A stretch of 64,000 bases of DNA from a virus (Duplodnaviria; Caudoviricetes), in IMG/VR virus record IMGVR_UViG_3300028888_000057. One strand, 5' to 3'. The notes under the pieces were generated by a model, which ran no database searches, was not told the DNA's origin, and saw only the letters and a program-made list of their open reading frames with translations. Each line of letters begins with the position of its first letter. Position 1 is the first letter of the stretch. This document shows positions 48,495 to 59,129 of the stretch, piece by piece. The translations under genes were made by a program, and so were the position numbers.

Positions 48495-49535
48495 ATGAGA
48501 AAGCTTGCAAGCATTCAACGAATATGGAACCTTGAACCGATTCCAGATGCAGATCGCTTGGAGTTGGCTTCAGTTGAAGGATGGAAAGTTGTTGTAAACA
48601 AAGGACAGTTTCATCCTGGAGAACTGGCCGTATACTTTGAGATCGATAGTTTCCTTCCCATTGATGATCGTTTTGAATTCTTGAGAAAAACAAGCTATAA
48701 GAAAACGGATATCATGGGAGAAGGATTCAAGCTTCGGACGCTTAAACTTCGTGGTGTGTTTAGTCAGGGATTGTTGCTGCCCGTATCTGAATTCCCGGAA
48801 ATTAAAGATGTTGAGCTGGGAAAAGACGTGACAGATATCCTTAAGGTAAAGAAATGGGAGATCGAAGAGATGGCAACAACCGGAGGAACAGCTATTGGAA
48901 CATTACCGAAAGACGTTCCTCATACAGATGAAATTCGTGTGCAAAATTACCCTGAATTCACGGAAGAATTTAAAGGACTGGAATACTATATCTCAACCAA
49001 GATGGATGGATCTTCCCATTCTCTTTCTGTAGATAAGAATGGATTCCATGTATGTGGCCACAACTACGAATATAAGGACGACGGTACAAGCAGCTTCTAT
49101 GAATTCGTGAAGAAGAAAGGATTCCAACCTTTAATTGAAAAGTATTATAAAGATTGGAATCTTGACACGTTTACGATTCAGGGAGAGTTCTGTGCTCCGG
49201 GTATCCAGAAGAATAGACTGAGATTATCACAGCCGGAATGGTATGTGTTTACAATCCGAGAGAACAGTAAGAGGGTCGGATTGGATCGTATGCTGTTTAT
49301 TTGTCATGAACTTGGGCTGGAACACGTACCGATTGAAGAACGAGGAATCGATCTTCCGTCGAAATATCCAACGATTGAAGCAATGTTGGAAAGAGCTGAT
49401 GGAGAATATCCGAAAGGCGGTCGAAAAGAAGGCGTTGTTGTTCGACCGATAGAGCCAGTATATAGTCCGATTATTGGCGGTTCGTTGTCAATGAAAGTAG
49501 TCAGCAATAAGTATCTGCTCAAGAATGAAGATTGA
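48495..49535 (+). CDS. RNA ligase (DRB0094/Rnl2-like)
   Basis: MRKLASIQ..LRG..SQGL..TDE.RVQN..KMDGSS..QGE..GIQKN..EGVV..KVVSNKYLLK. Confidence 0.88.
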   Translation: MRKLASIQRIWNLEPIPDADRLELASVEGWKVVVNKGQFHPGELAVYFEIDSFLPIDDRFEFLRKTSYKKTDIMGEGFKLRTLKLRGVFSQGLLLPVSEFPEIKDVELGKDVTDILKVKKWEIEEMATTGGTAIGTLPKDVPHTDEIRVQNYPEFTEEFKGLEYYISTKMDGSSHSLSVDKNGFHVCGHNYEYKDDGTSSFYEFVKKKGFQPLIEKYYKDWNLDTFTIQGEFCAPGIQKNRLRLSQPEWYVFTIRENSKRVGLDRMLFICHELGLEHVPIEERGIDLPSKYPTIEAMLERADGEYPKGGRKEGVVVRPIEPVYSPIIGGSLSMKVVSNKYLLKNED

Positions 49536-49822
49536 TGGTGCTTGAGTGTTAAATGTCCAGGAGGAAACAGCCATCTGATTAACTTATAGCGATTAAAACA
49601 AGGAAAGGATGGATGCTATTTGATTGTGTGTTTAGTGGCAACCTTCAAAAATATAAATTAATAGGAGGAAGTTACCATGGAAAGAACTCACATTCAAGAA
49701 CTCTTAGAAGAAGTTGAGGTCTACAAGCAGGCCGTACAGGATGCTAAAGACGCACTTGCTTCCGCAGAACAGGAACTGGATGCTGCTCTGGACGCAGAAT
49801 ATGTAGCAGAGTAACTCTGGTT

Positions 49823-49860
49823 GGGGCGGGAGATTAGATTCTCTCGCCCCTTTCTTTTTT
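49823..49860 (+). terminator. intrinsic terminator
   Basis: GGGGCGGGAG/CTCTCGCCCC stem followed by T-tract. Confidence 0.75.
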
Positions 49861-50512
49861 AGGAGACAATATGAACTACTTTATTCATTATGATCACGTA
49901 AGGGATGAATATTACTTATTTCCATTAATTAACACAACTGTATCATATAACATGTATACCACAGGTGAAATTAGTGGATCTTTCGACCCTCAATTACTGA
50001 AAATAATCAAGAATATAAAGTTAGATAATATAGATTATGAAGATCTTGTAAAGATCTTAGGAGAAGAGCGATGAAAATTCAGAGAACGATTAACAACACT
50101 ATGTATTCAATCGCTTTATTGCCTCATGAATTACTTCAGGCTTATCATGAGCAACAGCTCGAATTAGATTTGAAAGTAATCACCGAGGAACTCAACAATA
50201 ACTTTGAAGAAAAATATGGAATTCAACCCGCGGAATTCCAGAAATACAGTCAGGAAGCTGCACGCAGAATGCGTGAGTATATTGAAAAATATAGCCTTGA
50301 TAACGACGAAGCAAAAACTGAGGCCATAAGCGATTTAATTATCGAAAAGAAGGGAGCTTAATCGAATATGCCTCAATGGATCTGGCTGAACAAAGAAGAA
50401 GTTTTCTGTTCAGCGTGTCACAAGAAATGCGAACGCAGTTGGTTGCCCGTAGTTTGCCCTGAGTGTGGAGCGAGAATGAAGAACGGTGACCGTTTTAAAT
50501 GGGAGAAATCCG

Positions 50513-50974
50513 ATGAGTGAAAGAAAAAGACTTGTAAGAAGCGAAATGGATTTACTCAAAAGGCTTGGCGCTGTATGTAGTGAGCTGATTTACGTTCAGG
50601 AAGATATGAAAGATCGGCTGAAGATGATTAACAATGGAGAAGAGCGGGTTCAGCAAGTAATCGAAATTACTGGCCAACTTCTTCATGATCTTATTAGAAC
50701 CGGAACAGAAGAACAGGTTCGCGTATATTCAAACATCGTAAGCGATCTGAAACTGGAACTGGTTCCAATGCTGAAACAAGGATCAACAAATGTAATCTTT
50801 ACAAAAGACCAAGCCGAGAAATTAACCCAGATGGCACAGGCAAGATGTCGGGAATGTGTGTTGACAGATGATGAAGCCAAGAACTGTGAATTATATAAGA
50901 TTCTGGAAGGTCACGCTGTTGTTGACAAGTATGATACCGAGCTGTGTCCGTTTGGTTTGGCAGAATGGAAGTGA
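50513..50974 (+). CDS. hypothetical protein
   Basis: GGGAG RBS; C-terminal CxxC..C..C. Confidence 0.6.
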   Translation: MSERKRLVRSEMDLLKRLGAVCSELIYVQEDMKDRLKMINNGEERVQQVIEITGQLLHDLIRTGTEEQVRVYSNIVSDLKLELVPMLKQGSTNVIFTKDQAEKLTQMAQARCRECVLTDDEAKNCELYKILEGHAVVDKYDTELCPFGLAEWK

Positions 50975-51140
50975 TCATATGTTCTTTATCGTGGATGAAT
51001 ATGGAAAGATCATAGCTGAACTTTCTCCGAGAGCAACATATGAGATACTTCAGATGGTTCGTCAGGTTTGTCCTGAAGCAATACATTCTGGCGAAGAAAT
51101 TATGATACCTAAAAGCAGTAACTTAATTCAGTAAGGAGAC

Positions 51141-51713
51141 TTGCGTATGCCTAAGAAGAAAGAGGCTGCGCCAGTAGTGATTAGCTTTCCGGAGAGATAT
51201 CAGGTGCTTGGAGCCGATCTGTCTCTGAGAAGACCGGGATTTGCTCTTCTGGATATTGAAGATAAAGATGGCAAAGCTACAATATTGAATGTAAAGTTAA
51301 TGTCTGTTGATACTAAAACCAAAAAGAATCTTACCCACGGACAGATATTAACTCAAATATATCATGCCTTTATTGATTTCCTTGGAAAAGACTATATGTA
51401 TCAATATATTTTCTATGTTCGTGAGAAAATGGTCATGAGCAAAAAAGTTCCTTCAGAACGAGACGTTGCCAAAGTTGTCGGATTGATGGATTTTCTTTTG
51501 GATACAAAAGCATGGAATGAAATTTACCCGAGTACAATTAAGAAGCATATTACCGGAAGCGGCAATGCAGAAAAGAGTTTAGTGGCTGAGTGTCTGAAGG
51601 AATACGTTGGAGTGTTGGATTATAAAAATGATGATGAATCCGACGCAACAGCAGTAGCGATTTCATGGCTGATCGAACATGGAAAGATAAGGAGTGCTTT
51701 CGATGGCAAGTAA
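51141..51713 (+). CDS. ruvC: RuvC-like Holliday junction resolvase
   Basis: VLGADLS..PG, REK, P.TIKK..TG.GNAEK, DESDA.AVA. Confidence 0.8.
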   Translation: MRMPKKKEAAPVVISFPERYQVLGADLSLRRPGFALLDIEDKDGKATILNVKLMSVDTKTKKNLTHGQILTQIYHAFIDFLGKDYMYQYIFYVREKMVMSKKVPSERDVAKVVGLMDFLLDTKAWNEIYPSTIKKHITGSGNAEKSLVAECLKEYVGVLDYKNDDESDATAVAISWLIEHGKIRSAFDGK

Positions 51714-52025
51714 GAGAACGTTTATTTATCGTGTTCATTATGGTTATGCGGATGGAGATAAACATATTGTTTTTTGCTATGCCCGTAATGCGATCTGTGC
51801 AATAAAATATTATAAGGATAAGTTCAAAGAACAAAATTATAACTATTTTAAAGCGACAATGATCGGAGAAGCCAATTCTTCACATAAAGGAAAGTTTGAA
51901 GAAATGGCTGACGATGAACAGGAGTGTCTGCGAAGAATTCGCGGAGAAGCAAACGAAAAATATTCATTCAAAAACGACTTGATTCCAGCGGGAGCTGAGT
52001 ATATTGCTATAGAGGACATGAATAT

Positions 52026-52397
52026 ATGAAAGTGATTTTTTTTAAAGTCGAGAACGTATTAAACTTCCCTGAATCCGATGCTATTGCACCGTCCGGTCGT
52101 AGAGGTGTAGCCGAATCAAAGGCAAAAGAATTGAAAAAGCTGGTGTCTGAATCAGGAGCCAGAATTGTTCTGATTGGTGAATGGAAGTCTGATTGGAATT
52201 TTGATGACTCAAAGTGTACTAAAGACGGTGTTTATTTAAATAAAAAGCTTGAAAGACGAGGCCTTCATATTCTCGATAAAACGCGTGATGATCTTTCTGA
52301 TGAAGAAGGCGTTTCTGATTGGATTCATAGACATCCGAACGTTACTGAATCATGCATATTGAATTCCTTCAACAATGTTTCGTGGAAGGAGTGGTAG
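52026..52397 (+). CDS. degenerate HAD domain (Swiss-army-knife RNA-repair type)
   Basis: MKVIFFKVENVLN..L..LV..SGARIVL..W; catalytic DxD absent. Confidence 0.55.
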   Translation: MKVIFFKVENVLNFPESDAIAPSGRRGVAESKAKELKKLVSESGARIVLIGEWKSDWNFDDSKCTKDGVYLNKKLERRGLHILDKTRDDLSDEEGVSDWIHRHPNVTESCILNSFNNVSWKEW

Positions 52398-52971
52398 TAT
52401 GAACGATGCTGAATACAACAAATGGTTAGAAGAAGCTGAAGAGATCGCTGAACAATTAAAGAGCTGGAGTTCCAGCAGTGTTCCTTATGCTCTTATAGGA
52501 AGAGCAGCTGGATATATTAAAGCGCTTGTTCGTCTCGTAAAGAATAACGATGATACTATCGTTCGATTCATCAAAGAACAACAGGAAAGCCGAGAAGCAA
52601 TGACAAAACTTATGTTTAAACATATGCTTGAAAGCTATGTTGTAGGCGGAACTGTGTCGAAAGAGATTGATGATTTTGTTACCAAGCTTTTTGATCTTCG
52701 AGAAAACAATCTGAAGAAAGAAGGTGATGCCAAATGACTCCACATGAATTAATCACGAAACTGATTAATATTGAAGGGCCATGTTAGAGCGGTCGTTGGT
52801 GTGCTTATTGTGACGAACAGTTTGAAACGGCTGAAGTTAAGGAATGCGTAGAGAAAATGTATAAACAGATCTACGAACTTCAGGCTGATAAAGACAAATT
52901 GCTTGAATCACTTATTAAAGTCAGAGCCGCATATCGCAACAAGACAGGTGAAGACTATCAGGAGGAAGAAG

Positions 52972-53691
52972 ATGGCTGAGCAAAAGACACTTCATGTTGA
53001 GCTGATCCGACATTCATTATCTCCGGAAGAACTGATTTCTCTTGGAGCTAAACTCTGCTATTCCAAGAGTACAATAGATGACTTGTCTCAGAAGATTCAG
53101 TCAAAGGATCAATCTGAATTTATTAAAAAGCTTGTATCAATGGGACATGAGTCAGTATTGGAACATGCGTCATTTACATTTGGCGTTGAAGGAGTCAGCC
53201 GGACATTGTTGGCACAGATTACCCGTCATCGACTGGCAAGTTTTTCAGTGCAAAGTCAACGATATGTTTCGTATGAGAATGGATTTGGTTATATTATTCC
53301 TCCTGCGATCGAAGCTCTTGGCCATGATGCCATTCAGGAATATGGTATTCAAATGAATATCATGGAAGAATGGTACAAGGAATGGCAAAACAAACTTGGC
53401 AAAGGCGAGCATTCGAATGAAGATGCTCGTTTTGTTTTGCCGAACGCTTGCGAAACAAGGTTCCTCGTTACGATGAATGTCAGAGAGCTTAGACATTTCT
53501 TCGAACTGAGAATGTGCAACAGAGCACAGTGGGAAATTCGCAGATTGGCAAATGCGATGTTCGAAGAGTGTTATAAAGTTGCACCATTGTTATTTGAAAA
53601 TGCTGGGCCTGGATGTGTAAGAGGTAAATGTCCTGAAGGAGAAAAGTCTTGCGGAAATCCAGTTAAAAGAAATATAGAAAAGAGTGAATGA
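52972..53691 (+). CDS. thyX: FAD-dependent thymidylate synthase
   Basis: GHESVLEH, RHRLASFSVQSQRY, EDARFVLPNA, R.C.RAQWEIR. Confidence 0.95.
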   Translation: MAEQKTLHVELIRHSLSPEELISLGAKLCYSKSTIDDLSQKIQSKDQSEFIKKLVSMGHESVLEHASFTFGVEGVSRTLLAQITRHRLASFSVQSQRYVSYENGFGYIIPPAIEALGHDAIQEYGIQMNIMEEWYKEWQNKLGKGEHSNEDARFVLPNACETRFLVTMNVRELRHFFELRMCNRAQWEIRRLANAMFEECYKVAPLLFENAGPGCVRGKCPEGEKSCGNPVKRNIEKSE

Positions 53692-53694
53692 GTT

Positions 53695-54453
53695 TTGAGA
53701 AAAGATGGAATACCATATGTTCCCAATGGAGTATATAATCCACCTGTTACAAAACCTTTGGAAGAAATGGATTTACAGGACCTTGTAAAAGGTCATCTTC
53801 GCACATGTGCCAAAAGTAATGGTGCTTTATCTGTTTGTAGAACATGTTCGTCGAAATGTATCTACGGACAGAGAGCGCTGGATTTGTATGAAGGTCGTGT
53901 CAGCGTTGGCAGCGAAACGATCAGACCGGAAGAAACGATATTATACAGAATGAGAAAAGCACAAGAAGAAGCAATGAAAACAAAGGGAACTATCTTTATT
54001 AAGCCCGGTAAGGTTATTATTGATGATTGGTACGAGAAAGCAACTCAGTCCGAAGATCCTGTAAAGTGGGTTATGGATACGTTTAACATTTCAAAGACCA
54101 AGGCGAAAAATAAGATTTATCAGTATAAATACCGGATGAAAAAGAAAAATTCAGAAGAAAAGAATGAAGAAATAAAAGAAGAAAAGCCCGAAGAAGTTAA
54201 TACGATTGTTGAAGAAAAGAAAGAAGAAGTTAAGAATGCTCCAGTAAGTGAAGAAAGAACGGAAGAAAAGAAAGAAGAAAAGAAAGAAAGTAATGATATC
54301 GTTTATAAGACGATGGAGGAAAAGATTGATCGAATGATGAAACGTCAGGCAGAATATAAAGAGCTCATGGATAAATACGCTGGATTGTATAAAGAAGTGA
54401 GTGAACAGATTGACGTTTTATGTAAAGCGTTGGATGTATTTGATCGTTGTTAA
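53695..54453 (+). CDS. hypothetical protein with Glu/Lys-rich linker
   Basis: 252-aa ORF in operon. Confidence 0.6.
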   Translation: MRKDGIPYVPNGVYNPPVTKPLEEMDLQDLVKGHLRTCAKSNGALSVCRTCSSKCIYGQRALDLYEGRVSVGSETIRPEETILYRMRKAQEEAMKTKGTIFIKPGKVIIDDWYEKATQSEDPVKWVMDTFNISKTKAKNKIYQYKYRMKKKNSEEKNEEIKEEKPEEVNTIVEEKKEEVKNAPVSEERTEEKKEEKKESNDIVYKTMEEKIDRMMKRQAEYKELMDKYAGLYKEVSEQIDVLCKALDVFDRC

Positions 54454-54746
54454 GCGAAGGCGGCGGCCTTAAAAGGCCAGCCGCCTTCGCCATATGAAGG
54501 AGAAAATATGAATTATATTATTATTGATGGTACCACTGGCGTAAAAAGATATATTAAGCTGGATGAAGTAAATCAGTTTTATTATGACGAAAAATCAAAC
54601 GAAACATGTGTTGTCGTCAATAAATATTGTGTTTATGCAAAAGGCGATATTACAGATAAGCTTGTTCATAAACTGAGAGCTGTTGGAGCTGTCATGTCTC
54701 GCATTGAAAGTCCACAAAAAAATGCTGATTGGCCGGAAGTGATACC

Positions 54747-55313
54747 ATGATCGGACAGTTGAAAGATCTCACAATGAATCGTGATGAAACTCAAAATCTT
54801 ACTATTCTGCTTCATGCAGACTTCAGAGAAGTCTATGACGAGCTGAACGGAAAAGATATCGATATCACAATCAAAAAAGCGTCCAAGCATAGAAGTCTTG
54901 ATGCAAATGCTTTCTTCTGGAATTTATGTTCTGAAATCGCAAAGAAATCGTCTAAGTATTCTACAGACGGAAAGAACGAAGTCTACAGAGAGGCAATCAG
55001 AGCCAAAGGAGAATTTGAGCCTTTGCTAATCAGAAAGGATGCTCTTGAACGGTTTATTTATCGTTGGGGAGACAAAGGGATCGGCTGGTTTGTGGATGTG
55101 GTTGATGATCACGGCGAAGATTACAAAATAGTTCATGCCTATTATGGCAGTTCCACGTATGATTCTTTATCTATGAGCAGGATTATCGATTATGTAGTCA
55201 ATATTGCTAACGATCTTGGCATACCGACCATTACAGAAAAGGAAATGGAACGTCTTCTTGGAAACTGGGCAAAGAAGGTGGAAAAGCATGAGCAAAAGCA
55301 TAATGCAAAATAA
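54747..55313 (+). CDS. NinB/Orf-like recombination protein
   Basis: RSLDANA.FW..C..IA..GSSTYD..MS..ID..LGI.T. Confidence 0.55.
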   Translation: MIGQLKDLTMNRDETQNLTILLHADFREVYDELNGKDIDITIKKASKHRSLDANAFFWNLCSEIAKKSSKYSTDGKNEVYREAIRAKGEFEPLLIRKDALERFIYRWGDKGIGWFVDVVDDHGEDYKIVHAYYGSSTYDSLSMSRIIDYVVNIANDLGIPTITEKEMERLLGNWAKKVEKHEQKHNAK

Positions 55314-55566
55314 GAAGCAGTGCTACTTATGCGGCCGTCAATCCTATCTTGAGAAGCACCATATTATCTCAGGCACTGCAAACAGAAAGCTATCAGAAAG
55401 ATATGGGCTCTGGGTTTATCTTTGTCACAGTTGCCATACCGGAGACGGCGGAGCACAGTACGAAAAGGAACTGAATCTTCGCTTGAGACAAGAAGCTCAG
55501 AAGATTTTTGAAGAAAAGTATTCTCATGATCTCTGGATGGAAACATTCAGAAAAAATTATCTCTAA
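55288..55566 (+). CDS. small HNH/Ref-like nuclease
   Basis: CYLCG..EKHHI..LCHSCH. Confidence 0.65.
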   Translation: MSKSIMQNKKQCYLCGRQSYLEKHHIISGTANRKLSERYGLWVYLCHSCHTGDGGAQYEKELNLRLRQEAQKIFEEKYSHDLWMETFRKNYL

Positions 55567-56011
55567 GAGGCATACAATGGGTTCATATGAACAAAAAATA
55601 ACCTTATGTTGGGACTGTGCAAACGCAATTGGAAAATGTCCATGGTCTAAGAAATTAGTTCCTGTAAAGAACTGGGTAGCTAAACGCGTCCCGTTCAAAG
55701 AACAAGGCGTGAAAGATAGTTTCACATACGCAATCGAACAGTGTCCGCTTTTCGTCAGAGACGGAGTTTATAACGGAGCACGGCGTTTTATTGAAAGAAA
55801 AGAAATATAAGGAGAAGAAAAAATGACTTACTGGGTAACATACAAGATTGACGCGCGATACACGATTCCTGTCGAAGCAGAATCCATTGACGAAGCGTTA
55901 AAGGAAGCCAACGATGTGTACTTCGACGCTAACTTTGGAGAAGCACATGACATTGAAGGGTATGCCATCAACATGTCAGACGAACAAGACAATATTGTTT
56001 GGGAGAAGTAA

Positions 56012-56280
56012 GTCAATTACCCACGACTAAAGTCGCGGGCTTGTGGAAATGAGCCTGGAGTTGACTAGCCTAAGGTTTTCGGAACCTACGTTGAGAGAGT
56101 CAGAACACCCATGGACGTATCACCTAATCTGTGGCTCTGTTGATCTTCATTAAAAGTTCTGCTGGGTAGAAACGGTGTGACGGTCACGACAAGCTCTTTC
56201 AACATTGGCGAAGGTGACATAACGGCTTCATACGCGCCGGTTTACAGCTTAAAGCGTATAAGTATTAAAGAAAGGACGTG
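56012..56280 (+). ncRNA. omegaRNA scaffold of IscB
   Basis: GTCAAT..GTTGAC closing stem, CTACGTT and CATTGGCGAAGG motifs upstream of iscB. Confidence 0.75.
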
Positions 56281-56285
56281 CCGTA

Positions 56286-57590
56286 ATGGTATATGTAAAG
56301 AGTATCACCGGGCAACCGCTCATGCCAACAAAACGGCACGGCTTCGTCCGGAGACTGCTGAAGTCCGGTAGGGCAAAGGTAATACAGCGCTGCCCGTTTA
56401 CGATACAGTTGCTTTATGAAAGCGGAAGCGAAATACAGCTCGTTGTGCTGGGCGTAGACGCTGGAAGCAAGCATGTAGGCTTCTCTGCCTGTACAGAGAA
56501 GGAAGAACTGTATGTCGAGGAAATGCCGCCTCGTAACGATGTGGTGAATCTTCTTTCCGACAGGAGACAGTATCGCAGAGCGAGACGGAACCGCAAGATC
56601 AGGTACAGAAAGCCAAGATTTGAAAACCGTGTACACAGCAAAAATAAGGGCTGGCTTGCACCTTCGGTAGAAGTCAAGATTCAGGAGCATATTACACGCA
56701 TAAAACGGATCTGCTCCTTTGTTCCGGTATCGAAGGTAATTGTGGAAACGGCCGAGTTTGATCTTCAGCGTCTGAAGGCTATGGAAGAAGACAAACCGCT
56801 TCCAGTCGGAACAGACTATCAGCTGGGAGAGATGTACGATGAATACAACGTTCGCCAGTATGTCCTGAAACGAGACAACTATACCTGTCAGTGCTGCGGA
56901 AAACACTCGACGGAGAAAAATGGGGTCAGACTCCATGTACATCACAAGGAGAGCAGAAAGACCGGTGGAAATGCGCCCAACAACCTGATCACGCTTTGCA
57001 AGGACTGTCATAAGGCACTGCACGAAGGAAAGATTTCTCTGCCCGAAAGTAAGCGTAGAGGAAAACCAAACCGAGACGCGGCGTTCATGGGGATCATGCG
57101 CAAAACTCTGATTAGAAGACTGCGCGAAGAACTCCGGCTTCCAATATGGGAAACGCACGGATACATAACAAAATACAGACGGGAGAAACATGGGATTTGT
57201 AAGACCCATACTAGCGATGCCAGATGCATTACTGGAATGATGGAAGCAATTCCTTCTGACGATATTTACCTGATTAAGCCTGTAAGATGCCATAATCGGC
57301 AGATCCACAAAGCGAAAATCTTGAGGGGCGGAATCCGAAAGCGCAATCAAGCGCCGTACACAGTATTCGGTTTTAGACTTTGGGATAAGGTAAAGATCAA
57401 CGGCAAGGAGTGCTTCGTAAAAGGCAGGCGTACTTCGGGGTATTTCGCTCTGACCACGCTGGACGGATCAAAAGTCACGGATTCGGTTTCCTACAAGAAA
57501 CTCAAACTGCTGGAAGCAGCAAATCATCACCCGACAGAAAGGAGAAAAGGCTCTCCTCCCACGACCGAAGTCACGGATATCCGAGCCTAA
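56286..57590 (+). CDS. iscB: RNA-guided endonuclease IscB
   Basis: PLMP domain, LGVDAGSK RuvC-I, RRxRR bridge helix, VE.A.FD RuvC-II, HNH (LHVHH..NLITLC..CH), H..DA RuvC-III. Confidence 0.95.
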   Translation: MVYVKSITGQPLMPTKRHGFVRRLLKSGRAKVIQRCPFTIQLLYESGSEIQLVVLGVDAGSKHVGFSACTEKEELYVEEMPPRNDVVNLLSDRRQYRRARRNRKIRYRKPRFENRVHSKNKGWLAPSVEVKIQEHITRIKRICSFVPVSKVIVETAEFDLQRLKAMEEDKPLPVGTDYQLGEMYDEYNVRQYVLKRDNYTCQCCGKHSTEKNGVRLHVHHKESRKTGGNAPNNLITLCKDCHKALHEGKISLPESKRRGKPNRDAAFMGIMRKTLIRRLREELRLPIWETHGYITKYRREKHGICKTHTSDARCITGMMEAIPSDDIYLIKPVRCHNRQIHKAKILRGGIRKRNQAPYTVFGFRLWDKVKINGKECFVKGRRTSGYFALTTLDGSKVTDSVSYKKLKLLEAANHHPTERRKGSPPTTEVTDIRA

Positions 57591-57605
57591 ATATCATGAG
57601 ACACT

Positions 57606-58172
57606 ATGACAACTGAAGAAAGAATAAAGATCTACAATGACGAGATTACAAAATATCCGAATCCTGAATCTTTTATTGAGACAGATCATCTGATTGATAT
57701 GGGATACTTTACGGCTCCGGCAAGCACAAAATATCACGGAGCTTATGAAGGTGGATTATTCGATCATTCCTGGGCTGTATATCAGCGGCTGAAAGAGTTA
57801 ACGGAAAACAATCATCTTGACTGGGGAGCTTTGGAAAGTCCTTTCATTATTGGAATGTACCACGATCTTTGCAAGTGCGACCAATATATCAAAGTGTACA
57901 ATCCTGTAGAGGACAAAACATTGTCATTGCCTGGTACATTTCATTATGAATATAACAATAATATGCTGCTTAAAGGCCATGGAGATAAATCTATTATGTT
58001 GATTTCTCAGTTTATCTCTCTAACTGAAGTGGAAATGCTTTGTATTCGATACCATATGGGTGCATACATGACTGATGATTGGGATGGTTTTGATCGAGCA
58101 ATTAGGAAGTCTGAATTGGTATTATGGACACATCACGCTGATCAACTTGCCAGCAAAATAGATAACATCTAA
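57606..58172 (+). CDS. HD-domain phosphohydrolase
   Basis: APAS.KYH..GGL..HS..HDLCK..GHG..IRYHMG..HHAD. Confidence 0.85.
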   Translation: MTTEERIKIYNDEITKYPNPESFIETDHLIDMGYFTAPASTKYHGAYEGGLFDHSWAVYQRLKELTENNHLDWGALESPFIIGMYHDLCKCDQYIKVYNPVEDKTLSLPGTFHYEYNNNMLLKGHGDKSIMLISQFISLTEVEMLCIRYHMGAYMTDDWDGFDRAIRKSELVLWTHHADQLASKIDNI

Positions 58173-58182
58173 AGGAAACAAT

Positions 58183-58491
58183 ATGAACATCCAAATGAAC
58201 ATGTTTGACTATCTGGAAGAAGAAACACTATTTACAAAAGTTGTCAAAAGAGGATCAGGATTTGCTGGCGGAAAAGAGCGTATCAGAAACTTCCTTAAGA
58301 CGTGTAGGAATATTACTCAATTAGCTATCTTCTTAAAGAATGAATATGGCACAGGCGGATATATGAGAACAGGCTTATGGTGCAATTATAGCCCGAAAGG
58401 AATGGAAGTCGGAACCGGACCAAGAGATTTGAAAAAGTATTCTTGGAAAGATGTCGCGAAAAAGATTATTGAGTTAGGAGAAAATTATTAA
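58183..58491 (+). CDS. hypothetical protein
   Basis: RGSGF.GGK.RI..FLKNEYG.GG. Confidence 0.6.
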   Translation: MNIQMNMFDYLEEETLFTKVVKRGSGFAGGKERIRNFLKTCRNITQLAIFLKNEYGTGGYMRTGLWCNYSPKGMEVGTGPRDLKKYSWKDVAKKIIELGENY

Positions 58492-58506
58492 AAGGTAGGG
58501 ATTAAA

Positions 58507-59019
58507 ATGCTTCCCAAAAGAATTCCTCTGTGGAAATTGTTTGTGATCTTATCTGTTGTGTTTGTCATTACAATTTGTGCAATAACGCTAATAAATAATG
58601 CTCATGCAGAACAGGAAGAAGTGTGGGTATTGTGTAATCCAGATTCGTTTGTAAACGTCAGAACAAAACCGTCAACGAGAAGTATGATTCTCGGCAGCGC
58701 ATATTGCGGAGACAGAATCGTTATAGATGGAAAGACGAAGAACGGATATATTCATTGCATCGATCTTTCTCTTGAGATGAGTGAAGGCTGGATACACAGC
58801 GGCTATATCGTATATGACAAGCCGGATTGTTCAAAGATCCTGCAATGTTCAATACAGAGCGACGGACGCGTAGCGGCAAGAAAAACAATCGACGGGAAAA
58901 GAAACAAATGGGTAAAGAAAAACAGCACTGTTACGGTGTATGCTGTGTCTGCCGAATGGTGCGTTACAAACAAAGGATTCATTAAGACAGAATATATTAA
59001 TTTAGGAGAAGAAAAATGA
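58507..59019 (+). CDS. secreted/membrane tandem SH3b-domain protein
   Basis: Signal/TM segment ending AHA; VNVRTKPST..GWIH; second SH3-like repeat. Confidence 0.7.
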   Translation: MLPKRIPLWKLFVILSVVFVITICAITLINNAHAEQEEVWVLCNPDSFVNVRTKPSTRSMILGSAYCGDRIVIDGKTKNGYIHCIDLSLEMSEGWIHSGYIVYDKPDCSKILQCSIQSDGRVAARKTIDGKRNKWVKKNSTVTVYAVSAEWCVTNKGFIKTEYINLGEEK

Positions 59020-59129
59020 ACGGAATAGTAAAAGATGTTTTGAAAAGATCTATCATACCGATGTGCGCTGCGTTGATTCCTATGCTTATTGTTGCATTCT
59101 TCTGGCTCTCTGCGTATTGAGGTGTTCGT

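Larger units (their letters stand above)
56012..57595 (+). mobile_element. IS200/IS605-family IscB element (non-autonomous, no tnpA)
   Basis: Subterminal hairpins CCCACGACTAAAGTCGCGGG and CCCACGACCGAAGTCACGG; higher GC than the flanks. Confidence 0.85.
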
